From: a virus
Lineage: Duplodnaviria; Caudoviricetes
Strand: one strand, 5' to 3'
Virus record (IMG/VR): IMGVR_UViG_3300042429_000522
Span: 1 to 62,434 of that record
Length of the DNA stretch: 62,434 nt
Position numbers and translations under genes: made by a program
Notes under the pieces: model-generated
Seen by the model: the letters and a program-made list of their open reading frames with translations, nothing else
What the model was told of the DNA's origin: nothing
Database searches by the model: none
Shown here: one piece after another, positions 54,829 to 62,434 of the stretch
Position numbering within the stretch: position 1 is the stretch's first letter
How the letters are laid out: each line of letters opens with the position of its first letter

Positions 54829-56540
54829 CAGAACCTCTTCATAATTCCGGGCGTACCGTTGCGCCTTGCTTCATCACGGATAACAGATCGAACTGCTCGT
54901 TCCAACTCAGTACCGGCAGGTATCAAGCCACGGTTACCACCGCCCATGAAATCACCCATCCGGATACCACCACCACCGCCTACAGCCATCTCGGCAGCCG
55001 TAACGCCCATCTGTCCAAGTTGCCCACCACCAAGCGTCTCACGGCGTAGGGTAAGAGCATCAGCCGCTGTTTTCGTATTGTCTGCAATCCTGCCAATGTT
55101 GTCAGCGATTGACGGTCCACCTAAACCACCACCGGTGCCTTGGGCACCACCGTAAATCATGCCACCCGGTAAACCTTGCGGGCTGAGGTTACCCATGATT
55201 GCGCGTTGATATTGCTCTGCTATTGCGTTTGCATTTGCAGCTACACCCGGAAGCATAAAGTAAGGCGAACTTGGAGCCATTTTAGGTGGTTCTAAATTCT
55301 GTGTAGGTATTGGTATTTGCCCTGCATTTGGAGCTAGTATTCCGCTACCTTTAAACGGCTTTACCCCCGGCAAGTTCACCATTCCAAGAGTAAGTATTTG
55401 AATGGCTATTTTTATTCCATCAAGGATAGGTTGAAAGAACTCAGCAAAAGAAGTGCCAAAGTCTTTTATACCGGTTTGCATTGTAGACATAAACTCATTC
55501 CACTTACCGGCAGCCCATGTATATGCTTCACCAAAATAATAAATGATTGAGTCTTTTACGAACACAAAACCAACGCCAATATCGTGTATCAGTGCGTTCC
55601 AGAAGTTAGGTATCTGGCTCATGTAAGCCATGATGTTTGCGATTGCGCCGATCATAAACTCTTGAAAGTTAGCAACACCTGTACCACTTAGCATCTTTGC
55701 AAAGACATCCTGAACCACACCGGACTTACCAACAGCCGAGAACACCTCACCTATCTGCTTGCCAATGTTAGTAATCAAATCAATAAGGCGCATGGTGCCA
55801 CCTTCAGCACTACTGAAGATATCAAGGATGCCACGACCAATCGGAAGGAAGGCTTGCTCTAGCGCATCCTGTAGATTCTCAAACGTAGTCAAGGCAGAGG
55901 TGGTTGCCTTGGGTAATTGCTCAAGCCCTGCAATAATCTTGCCGATGGCAACGTCTGCTGACATCCCCATCTTCTGAATGGCTTCAGTGGATGCCGTGCC
56001 AAAAGCAGATACCAAGACCTGTCGGATCTGTGGGACGCGCTCGGCTATCTGGTTGATTTCTTCAGCTGATATTGCTCCCTTGCTGGCTATCTGACCAAGG
56101 GCAAGGATGACCCCGTCCAGTTCTGATTTGCCTTTGCCAACCAATGCAAGCGCATTGCCAAAAGCCATCAATGCCCGTTCGGATGTTTGAGCAGATAACC
56201 CTGCGGCTTCAAGGTTAAGAACACCTGCACGAACCTCTGTAAGCCCCAATCCGGGGAGTTTTGCTATCTCCTGTAGCCTTGCCAGTTGGGCTTGCAGTTC
56301 CTGTGCATTCTTCGCATATGCAGCCAAGCCACGAACCTGTGAGTCGTAAGCCATTGCAGCTTGTACCCCGGTTACAGAAGCGAAAGAGTTTTGTGCTATC
56401 TCGAATAGCCGGGTGGCATCTGCCGCAGTGCGGATTGCTTCACCTACACTTTTAGCCGACTGACCTACCCGGCTCAAAGCACGAACAGCAGCGGCTTCAC
56501 CAACTACAGAAATCTTAGCCGTCAGTTCCGCTACTGTCAT
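54828..56540 (-). CDS. Tape measure protein (B)
   Basis: ALGQIASKGAISAEEINQIAE tape-measure motif. Confidence 0.88.
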   Translation of the reverse strand: MTVAELTAKISVVGEAAAVRALSRVGQSAKSVGEAIRTAADATRLFEIAQNSFASVTGVQAAMAYDSQVRGLAAYAKNAQELQAQLARLQEIAKLPGLGLTEVRAGVLNLEAAGLSAQTSERALMAFGNALALVGKGKSELDGVILALGQIASKGAISAEEINQIAERVPQIRQVLVSAFGTASTEAIQKMGMSADVAIGKIIAGLEQLPKATTSALTTFENLQDALEQAFLPIGRGILDIFSSAEGGTMRLIDLITNIGKQIGEVFSAVGKSGVVQDVFAKMLSGTGVANFQEFMIGAIANIMAYMSQIPNFWNALIHDIGVGFVFVKDSIIYYFGEAYTWAAGKWNEFMSTMQTGIKDFGTSFAEFFQPILDGIKIAIQILTLGMVNLPGVKPFKGSGILAPNAGQIPIPTQNLEPPKMAPSSPYFMLPGVAANANAIAEQYQRAIMGNLSPQGLPGGMIYGGAQGTGGGLGGPSIADNIGRIADNTKTAADALTLRRETLGGGQLGQMGVTAAEMAVGGGGGIRMGDFMGGGNRGLIPAGTELERAVRSVIRDEARRNGTPGIMKRF

Positions 56541-56712
56541 TACCTGCCTCCGAACAATGCACCCAGCATCTCGACCTGTTGCTTTTCTATCTCTTGTCCA
56601 ATCATAGCCACCTCGGCTATTTGGTCAAGGGTTAGGTCGGTCTCTGATGGGTGCCGGTTGAGATACTTCACGGTGTAGTAAGCAACCTGACTTGCTACAC
56701 CTCTAAGGCGTT
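56540..56712 (-). CDS. -1 frameshift extension of the chaperone (B)
   Basis: A-AAA-AAC at 56710-56716; KRLRGVASQVAYYTVKYLNRHPSE... Confidence 0.8.
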
Positions 56713-57087
56713 TTTTGCTTCTTTTACCCGACCCTGTAGGTCATCGGTCGGGTACCAAGAGATGAACTCCCCAAGGATTCTAAAGAACGTTTGTTTACTA
56801 GTACGTGCCAGATTACCAAAAGCCCGTAGTGGTGATTCTTCTGAGCTATCAGTAGGGTCTGCTACATAGCAACGACCAAGCAAGTAAATCTGATAAAGCA
56901 TCGCTTCGGGAAACTCAGCAAAGGCTACACGCAGTGATCCAAGTTCTTTAGCATCAGGGAAGAGGTCTGCCGCCTTCGGTTCACGGAAGCGGAGTTCTGC
57001 GCCGTCACCAGCGACATCGGACAGGTCTACGGTAAGTAGACCCTTGTCCGTGTCTTTAGGTATTTGTTTTAGGGATTGAAGTGCCAT
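56695..57087 (-). CDS. Tail assembly chaperone (B)
   Basis: FREPxAADLFP shared with A; TACACT-N5-ATG upstream. Confidence 0.8.
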   Translation of the reverse strand: MALQSLKQIPKDTDKGLLTVDLSDVAGDGAELRFREPKAADLFPDAKELGSLRVAFAEFPEAMLYQIYLLGRCYVADPTDSSEESPLRAFGNLARTSKQTFFRILGEFISWYPTDDLQGRVKEAKNALEV

Positions 57088-57098
57088 GGCTTAGTGTA

Positions 57099-57533
57099 CT
57101 ACGACCAAGCAGTAGTCACGCCATTCGCTCCAAGGGTAATGGTTGCCGACTCGGTCAAAGCCTCTTCGTTTGCGATGTTGAGACCAGTACCGGTTACAAC
57201 GCCTACAAAGGTCTTAGCGGTAAGGGTTCCGGGTGTAACTACAATCTGGCAGTAGTAACCGTCTTTGCCAAAGAAGATAGGGTTTACAACGGAATCGACC
57301 AAGAACTCGACCTCAACGGATCCGTTAGCCTTGGTGACCTGAGCCTTGTTTTGAGCATCACAAAGTGCGCTAACATCCACGGTATTGACCGATGAACTAA
57401 AGCGTACCGAGCGAGCAATACAGGTATAAGTCTCAGCCGTGAAGGCTGAAGGCGTACCGTCTTGGTAGCCACCGAAAGCGACCGTGACAACACAATTCTC
57501 ACCGATAAGCGCACTTGTTCTTGTAAAAGGCAT
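57099..57533 (-). CDS. Major tail protein (B)
   Basis: Position; VDVSALC. Confidence 0.75.
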   Translation of the reverse strand: MPFTRTSALIGENCVVTVAFGGYQDGTPSAFTAETYTCIARSVRFSSSVNTVDVSALCDAQNKAQVTKANGSVEVEFLVDSVVNPIFFGKDGYYCQIVVTPGTLTAKTFVGVVTGTGLNIANEEALTESATITLGANGVTTAWS

Positions 57534-57542
57534 AATTTACTC

Positions 57543-58022
57543 CTACTGTTGCGTGACGAATCGGTACACCGCTGTCACTCCAAAATCTGTACGACCACCA
57601 CTTTCCAAGCCGAACGTTTGAGCAGTTGATTCCCGCCTAACATAAAACCTTGGCGTGGTACTCGAAACGTGAATATTGTCTAGTAGTGTGTCAATGCGGG
57701 ACATGATGGTAGCCGAGCTTGACATCGATACCGCACCTGTAGCAGTATCCCACACGGTGATTCTATAGGTTGGGTAGGTGAAGACCCGGCTACCGCATAG
57801 CGTGTCTTGGTCTTGCCCAGCACTGCCAGCACGGTCAAAGACCACGTAAGGTGTAACCGGTTGCTTGCGTGATATCGGGTCTATCTGTGGAGCAATGGTG
57901 TTATAGATTGACATCTGGAAACCGTTGGGCTTGTTATCAGGTGCAAGCAAACCCATCAAGGTAGCATCACCTGTCAGGGTGTCGTAGATCCACTGCTCAA
58001 TCACCGCTGGTTCAAATGCCAT
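57543..58022 (-). CDS. Tail terminator (B)
   Basis: Homolog of 24324-24800. Confidence 0.75.
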   Translation of the reverse strand: MAFEPAVIEQWIYDTLTGDATLMGLLAPDNKPNGFQMSIYNTIAPQIDPISRKQPVTPYVVFDRAGSAGQDQDTLCGSRVFTYPTYRITVWDTATGAVSMSSSATIMSRIDTLLDNIHVSSTTPRFYVRRESTAQTFGLESGGRTDFGVTAVYRFVTQQ

Positions 58023-58453
58023 TACTTGTTACCCTTCAGTATAACTTTTACCGCAGCTTGAAAAGCCGGGGCTTCCTTTTCAACTGCCGGACGCAGGAAC
58101 GGTCGAGCCGGTACGTGGTTACCAGACTTTGACATCCAACCAAGTTCCAGCGGTATGCCGTACTTTGCACCAACTGAAACCTCTGCTGATGTCTTGCCGG
58201 TCATCTTGCTTTGGATGCTGTTTGCCAGTTCACCTAAATCATTATTCGGTGGAGTGCCGGGAGGGCTTGACCAGTGCGGATGTTCTTTGCGTCCGGGATA
58301 CTTTTTGTATTGCCCGTTTGACATCTCGATGCTTTGTTTTGCGTTGCCTTCGATGTTAGCTGCAGCAGTACCTACAGCAACAGAAAGTTGGCGTAGATTC
58401 TTTTGATAAGAATCTAGCCGTACTTTCTTTAGGCTTACCGACATCTTTATCAC
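58022..58453 (-). CDS. HK97 gp10-like neck protein (B)
   Basis: PARPFLRPA. Confidence 0.8.
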   Translation of the reverse strand: MIKMSVSLKKVRLDSYQKNLRQLSVAVGTAAANIEGNAKQSIEMSNGQYKKYPGRKEHPHWSSPPGTPPNNDLGELANSIQSKMTGKTSAEVSVGAKYGIPLELGWMSKSGNHVPARPFLRPAVEKEAPAFQAAVKVILKGNK

Positions 58454-58803
58454 GGAGCAAGAACCTCAATCTCAAGCGGACCGAAACGTCTTACCGTGGT
58501 ACTGACCGTGAAGGATACGGTTATCCGAATCATCGCTGCAGTAGGATATGCAGCCGGGTTTAGGATGCTTAGAATACCTTGTGCGCTGTACTGCTTCGTA
58601 AGGGTCACGGATCCAGATGGAAACGTATACGTGGACCCCGTAGCAATGTTGGTAAAGGTTACGCCGAGAGTGCCAGTGGTAATGTCAACAGGGCTACCCA
58701 ACTCATCCACCAAGCGCACCACGTAACTGTGCCAATCACCTACCCACGCACTGGCTTGTATGACCTGCTGAGGGTCTTCGGTCAAATCATAAATCAATGC
58801 CAT
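58450..58803 (-). CDS. BppU-like virion protein (B)
   Basis: Near-identical to 25240-25593. Confidence 0.55.
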   Translation of the reverse strand: MALIYDLTEDPQQVIQASAWVGDWHSYVVRLVDELGSPVDITTGTLGVTFTNIATGSTYTFPSGSVTLTKQYSAQGILSILNPAAYPTAAMIRITVSFTVSTTVRRFGPLEIEVLAP

Positions 58804-60791
58804 TAGATGTCCCTCACATAGATGCGCAAAGGTCCGAACACCTGCGTATCAGATGCACCTGTTGTGCGTGTAATCGTTGCCGTGTAGGTACCCGGAGTGT
58901 TGGTTACCGTGGTGTCAATGGTAAACGTAGCCCTGCCATCAGCTGCATAGGTTGCCGTACAAGCGTACGTGTCTACCAAGGTTGCACCGGAGTTGTAGAC
59001 CTTAGCCGTTACCGTTGCGCTCGTGATGTCAATCCCGGCGCCGTTGTTGTCTACACACTGAATGTCTACGCCGTGCTGTGCGCCCTTCTGGATGTCCAGT
59101 GGATCACTTGCTCCTAACCCGTCAGCCTTGACCTCATAAGGCCCCATCCGTACCAGAGCGGCAGAGGTGATAGGCGTTAGTAAGTCTGCGCTGATGTAGT
59201 CTGTACCGTTGTGCAGTAGTGCGCCTTCAAGCTCATCTGCCGCCGCAGTACTACCGCTGATAGATGCCACGTTACTATTCTGGATAGCATAACCAATCGA
59301 GCCAGCGGTTGCATAGGATGTGCCAACTGCATCAAGAACAGCCGATGCAGTCTGTGCAGATGTCAATCCACCAGAGGATAACTTGACTGTCATTACCGCG
59401 CCGTTAGTACCGCTTGCACCACGCACCACGATAGTCACGTCATCAGCACCAGCAGCCAGTGCAGCGTCAGGAATGTCGAGTCTGTACACGCCCGGCATAT
59501 TGGTAGCGTCTACCTCCGCAAAGCCGCCAGAAGTCCACGCCTGAGCGATGGTACGGGCTACCAGCGGGATTGATACAGATGCTGTGCGTGTCCGGTTGTA
59601 GCGAGCTGATAGACCAGCGGTGGATGCTGTTAGACCTGTAGCACCAAGGTAGAGTTCGATGGATTGTGATGTGCTACCGGGGGCTATTGTGATGCTGTTC
59701 GTATCAGATGGATTGAAGAATCGAATCACATTGTTCCGACCTGCAAATGTGTAACTTGCTCTGTCTGGTGTTGTTTGATACCAAGGTACACCATCGATAT
59801 CGGTTGCAGGTGCGCCAGATACAACACCGCTCGCGATTGCACGACTACCTAAATAAGGTCCGAAGAATGAAGGTGAAGGAATACCGGCAAGTGCGGAGTA
59901 TCCGTAGTCAAGACCAATCGTGCCACCCCGAATGGTGTTAGCACCAACAGCCATATTAAAGTAATCACCAAATACAACATTGTAATCTTCGTCGCAGGAG
60001 CCGATTACTCCGCCCTGTATATAACCGTTGAATGCCATCAATATGGAGTTTCTCACAACAGATGGAGTGGCGGTGTTAGAACTGTACAACGCCAAACTAA
60101 TGCCACCCCCCAAAGCAGTGCAGTTATAAATAACAACATTTCCACCATTTGTATTACTAGAACCAGATGGTGTTGTTGCCATATTTATAAGTGTGCCGAT
60201 ACAAAAACAATCCGTTATCGTCAATCCCACGTTATAGTTACCGCTATGTGTTGGCACACCAAACGCAATAGCGATTGATGCCAACGGTGCAAAAGTACAT
60301 TTTGAAAATGAAGCGTTTACCGCTACACCCGCTGATGTTGTCATGCTAACAGATGGTTGACGTAGATTAGAAAATGTGCATTTTGTAAAACTAAAGTCTG
60401 AACACGTTGTCAGGTTTAAAGCAGCCTGACTGACTGTCGTTCCGTAGCCTTCAAAATAGATGCCGTCAAAACTCCAGTAACTGCGACTGGTAGCGGTTAG
60501 CATCGTAGCGTTAGTCGGGTTTGCTGTGTCACTTAAAATGTTCGTGATGCGTACAATACCGGGTGCGATGCCGCTGATGTTTTGAGTTGAGCCAGCGTCT
60601 CCGATGAACTGGATAGTGTTTCCTGCTGTGCCAGATACACCAAGTGTATACGTGCCACGATAAGTGCCGGGAGCGATATAGACAATGTCACCTGCTCCAG
60701 CAGTTGAGAACGCTATAGCCAACGATGTAGGAGCATTGACAGTGCCGGGATAGGCGGCAGAGCCAGATGAACTAACGTATGCGGTTGCCAT
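58803..60791 (-). CDS. Beta-helix virion appendage (B)
   Basis: GDIVYIAPGTY; C-terminus near-identical to A. Confidence 0.7.
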   Translation of the reverse strand: MATAYVSSSGSAAYPGTVNAPTSLAIAFSTAGAGDIVYIAPGTYRGTYTLGVSGTAGNTIQFIGDAGSTQNISGIAPGIVRITNILSDTANPTNATMLTATSRSYWSFDGIYFEGYGTTVSQAALNLTTCSDFSFTKCTFSNLRQPSVSMTTSAGVAVNASFSKCTFAPLASIAIAFGVPTHSGNYNVGLTITDCFCIGTLINMATTPSGSSNTNGGNVVIYNCTALGGGISLALYSSNTATPSVVRNSILMAFNGYIQGGVIGSCDEDYNVVFGDYFNMAVGANTIRGGTIGLDYGYSALAGIPSPSFFGPYLGSRAIASGVVSGAPATDIDGVPWYQTTPDRASYTFAGRNNVIRFFNPSDTNSITIAPGSTSQSIELYLGATGLTASTAGLSARYNRTRTASVSIPLVARTIAQAWTSGGFAEVDATNMPGVYRLDIPDAALAAGADDVTIVVRGASGTNGAVMTVKLSSGGLTSAQTASAVLDAVGTSYATAGSIGYAIQNSNVASISGSTAAADELEGALLHNGTDYISADLLTPITSAALVRMGPYEVKADGLGASDPLDIQKGAQHGVDIQCVDNNGAGIDITSATVTAKVYNSGATLVDTYACTATYAADGRATFTIDTTVTNTPGTYTATITRTTGASDTQVFGPLRIYVRDI

Positions 60792-61018
60792 TATTCAGCC
60801 GTTCCATTCACAATCTCTGCACCCATCAACGGTACAAAACGCATGACAAGGTCGTATTGAAATTGGTAGTCCTGCTGTGGAAACCACTGGAATACACTTG
60901 TCCCATTAGGCCCAAAGTCAGCAACGAACACGCCATCATCGGTGTAGATTTCACCGAACACCAGCCAGTCATAATTTGGTGTTAACTGCTGTTCGATGCG
61001 TACATTTTGATAGACCAT
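60791..61018 (-). CDS. Hypothetical protein (B)
   Basis: Homolog of 27608-27835. Confidence 0.7.
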   Translation of the reverse strand: MVYQNVRIEQQLTPNYDWLVFGEIYTDDGVFVADFGPNGTSVFQWFPQQDYQFQYDLVMRFVPLMGAEIVNGTAE

Positions 61019-61269
61019 TACTTGCCCACCTTCAGCGAGTTCGCCTGCACACCCTTGAAAGGCATCGTGAGGAAGCCCAGCGCAGCAGACATCGCAGCAG
61101 TAAGACCAGCCGCTACAGCCTTGCTCCCGTACAGTGCCATCACTGCGCCAAGCTCGGCAATGTCCTTGGCTTCTGCCGTACGTACGCCATCACCAAAGAC
61201 CGTGCTGAAGGACGCGACGAATGCGATCAAGACAACCACCAGTAACCTGCCAATGCTTATGCTACCCAT
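61018..61269 (-). CDS. Holin-like protein (B)
   Basis: Homolog of 27832-28083. Confidence 0.6.
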   Translation of the reverse strand: MGSISIGRLLVVVLIAFVASFSTVFGDGVRTAEAKDIAELGAVMALYGSKAVAAGLTAAMSAALGFLTMPFKGVQANSLKVGK

Positions 61270-61474
61270 GCCGTGCCTCCAGTGCCGCTACTCGCTCGCT
61301 CAGTCGCGCTATCGCTTTTTTGATAATGACCAAGTCTGCCTCGGTCTGCTTTGCATCGTGAACCAAGATGCGGATGTCGCTCTTGATATCAAAAAGCATT
61401 TTGTATAAGCCGCTGATACTTGCTATCAAGGGAATCACAATCACGGCTCCAAGCTGCATCCATTCTGCCATCAC
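61262..61474 (-). CDS. TM plus coiled-coil protein (B)
   Basis: Same position and architecture as 28080-28307. Confidence 0.55.
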   Translation of the reverse strand: MMAEWMQLGAVIVIPLIASISGLYKMLFDIKSDIRILVHDAKQTEADLVIIKKAIARLSERVAALEARHG

Positions 61475-61836
61475 GCTACACGCTCCACCAGCCCACAGTG
61501 CTGTACTAAAAGTTCGGTCTGTCCAAAGTCTGATCCGACAACATCGTAATACTTGGAATCATCACCTACCCGGTACACCCTATCCTGTGGCATCACATCA
61601 GCCCCTACAGCAATGATTAGCGTCCACTGGGCAGATGATGCAATCGAGCCACCTACAATCGATTCTGTGTCACTCTGGTTGGTTAGGCGTGCGTTATACT
61701 CTGCAACCTTGCGCCATGTCTCAGTGACTCCACCACGGCCATCTTCGGTCAAGGTGAAGCGGTGAATCTCTACGCGGTCTTGGCACAAGTTGCGTACCAT
61801 GCCGGCTTGGATGGTTGAGCGGAGGATAGGACTCAT
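61471..61836 (-). CDS. Head closure protein (B)
   Basis: Near-identical to A. Confidence 0.8.
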   Translation of the reverse strand: MSPILRSTIQAGMVRNLCQDRVEIHRFTLTEDGRGGVTETWRKVAEYNARLTNQSDTESIVGGSIASSAQWTLIIAVGADVMPQDRVYRVGDDSKYYDVVGSDFGQTELLVQHCGLVERVA

Positions 61837-62330
61837 GCGAACACCACCGGTCTAAACTTGTCTGCCATGGTCAAGCAGTTCTGCATCAACTGGCTAAGCT
61901 TGACATCGCTTGTGCCTTCCTTAGCATCGATGTCTGCCGCTACTCTCGATGCCTTGATAAGCCACGCTTGCCGGGTTGCCATGCGTACGTCGTAGCGCTC
62001 TACGTTGATCGGGCCAGCATCAACCCAAGTTAGGTTAGGGTCGCTTGTGCCTTCGTCTACTTCCCAGCCTTTGAACTGATACGGCGGATAGGCAGGGAAC
62101 TCTGGTTGTGTAGCCCCTGAGGTACCGGCTACCCTGCACTCGTATACCCGTCCGTTGGGCGTTGTAGGAACCACACGGTCACCGACGGCGTAAGTGGTTG
62201 CCGCTGTCCAAGTGGTGAAGCGGGAAAAGGAATCAAGGATGGAGCCGATGTCCGTAGTAGACATCTGCGGGTAACTTTGAGCGGACACAAATAGTGATAC
62301 TTGTGCGATTGCCTCGGCTCTGGTCATCAT
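61833..62330 (-). CDS. Head-tail adaptor (B)
   Basis: Homolog of 28666-29163. Confidence 0.7.
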   Translation of the reverse strand: MMTRAEAIAQVSLFVSAQSYPQMSTTDIGSILDSFSRFTTWTAATTYAVGDRVVPTTPNGRVYECRVAGTSGATQPEFPAYPPYQFKGWEVDEGTSDPNLTWVDAGPINVERYDVRMATRQAWLIKASRVAADIDAKEGTSDVKLSQLMQNCLTMADKFRPVVFA

Positions 62331-62336
62331 GGTTTC

Positions 62337-62347
62337 AGTATCCCACA
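62337..62347 (-). promoter_or_regulatory. Late promoter motif TGTGGGATACT, 6 nt before ATG
   Basis: Recurrent motif. Confidence 0.7.
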
Positions 62348-62353
62348 CAAAGG

Positions 62354-62383
62354 AAAAGCCCCCGGCACGTCTGCCGAGGGCTT
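62354..62383 (-). terminator. Terminator after the capsid gene (B)
   Basis: Same as 29187-29216. Confidence 0.75.
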
Positions 62384-62402
62384 GAGATAAGAACCGCTAG
62401 GC

Positions 62403-62434
62403 TTATGTAGCTGCGGATGCTCCGACGATAAGGC
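62403..62434 (-). CDS. Major capsid protein, C-terminal fragment (B)
   Basis: LIVGASAAT* versus LIVLATTTAS* in A, same downstream context. Confidence 0.7.
   Translation of the reverse strand, partial: LIVGASAAT

Larger units (their letters stand above)
31465..62434. mobile_element. Phage B, related syntenic genome, truncated in its major capsid gene
   Basis: Same gene order as A with diverged sequence; window ends in the capsid 3' end. Confidence 0.9.

Noticed and set aside
1-62434. A simple tandem duplication or concatemer of one genome, or an integrated prophage
   Set aside because: The two halves differ in gene content and sequence outside the 290-bp block; there are no host genes, att sites or integrase

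Overview
The window holds two related, syntenic ~31 kb tailed-phage (siphovirus-like, HK97-type head) genomes in tandem. Phage A spans 1-31174 and is circularly complete, because nt 1-290 are repeated exactly at 31175-31464. Phage B spans ~31465-62434 and ends inside its major capsid gene. The join lies inside the prohead protease gene and could be an assembly chimera or a real heterodimer. Each genome has a long leftward unit (Cro-like HTH, sigma-70 factor, VRR-NUC, primase, helicase, SSB, DUF2829/Tad2-like paralogs, terminase, portal, MuF, protease, capsid, neck and tail genes, CHAP endolysin) and a short rightward early unit (ERF, Gam-like). I see no integrase, tRNA, rRNA or CRISPR array. 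Comparing A with B gives the main candidates for new biology. (1) B carries a 7-deazaguanine DNA-modification operon (parB-like, dpdA-like, O-methyltransferase-like, queD, queE, folE) that lacks queC, which suggests a methylated CDG base. (2) A conserved C-CCU-UUU site is predicted to make a portal-MuF fusion by -1 frameshifting. (3) A phage sigma factor is accompanied by a conserved TGTGGGATACT-N5/6-ATG leaderless late-promoter motif. (4) Tad2/DUF2829-like proteins are expanded, and some are fused to HTH-like domains. (5) Several covarying non-coding structures are conserved: a primase leader, a ~80 nt sRNA, an endolysin leader and a probable origin. All family assignments come from motif recognition by eye, not from database searches.
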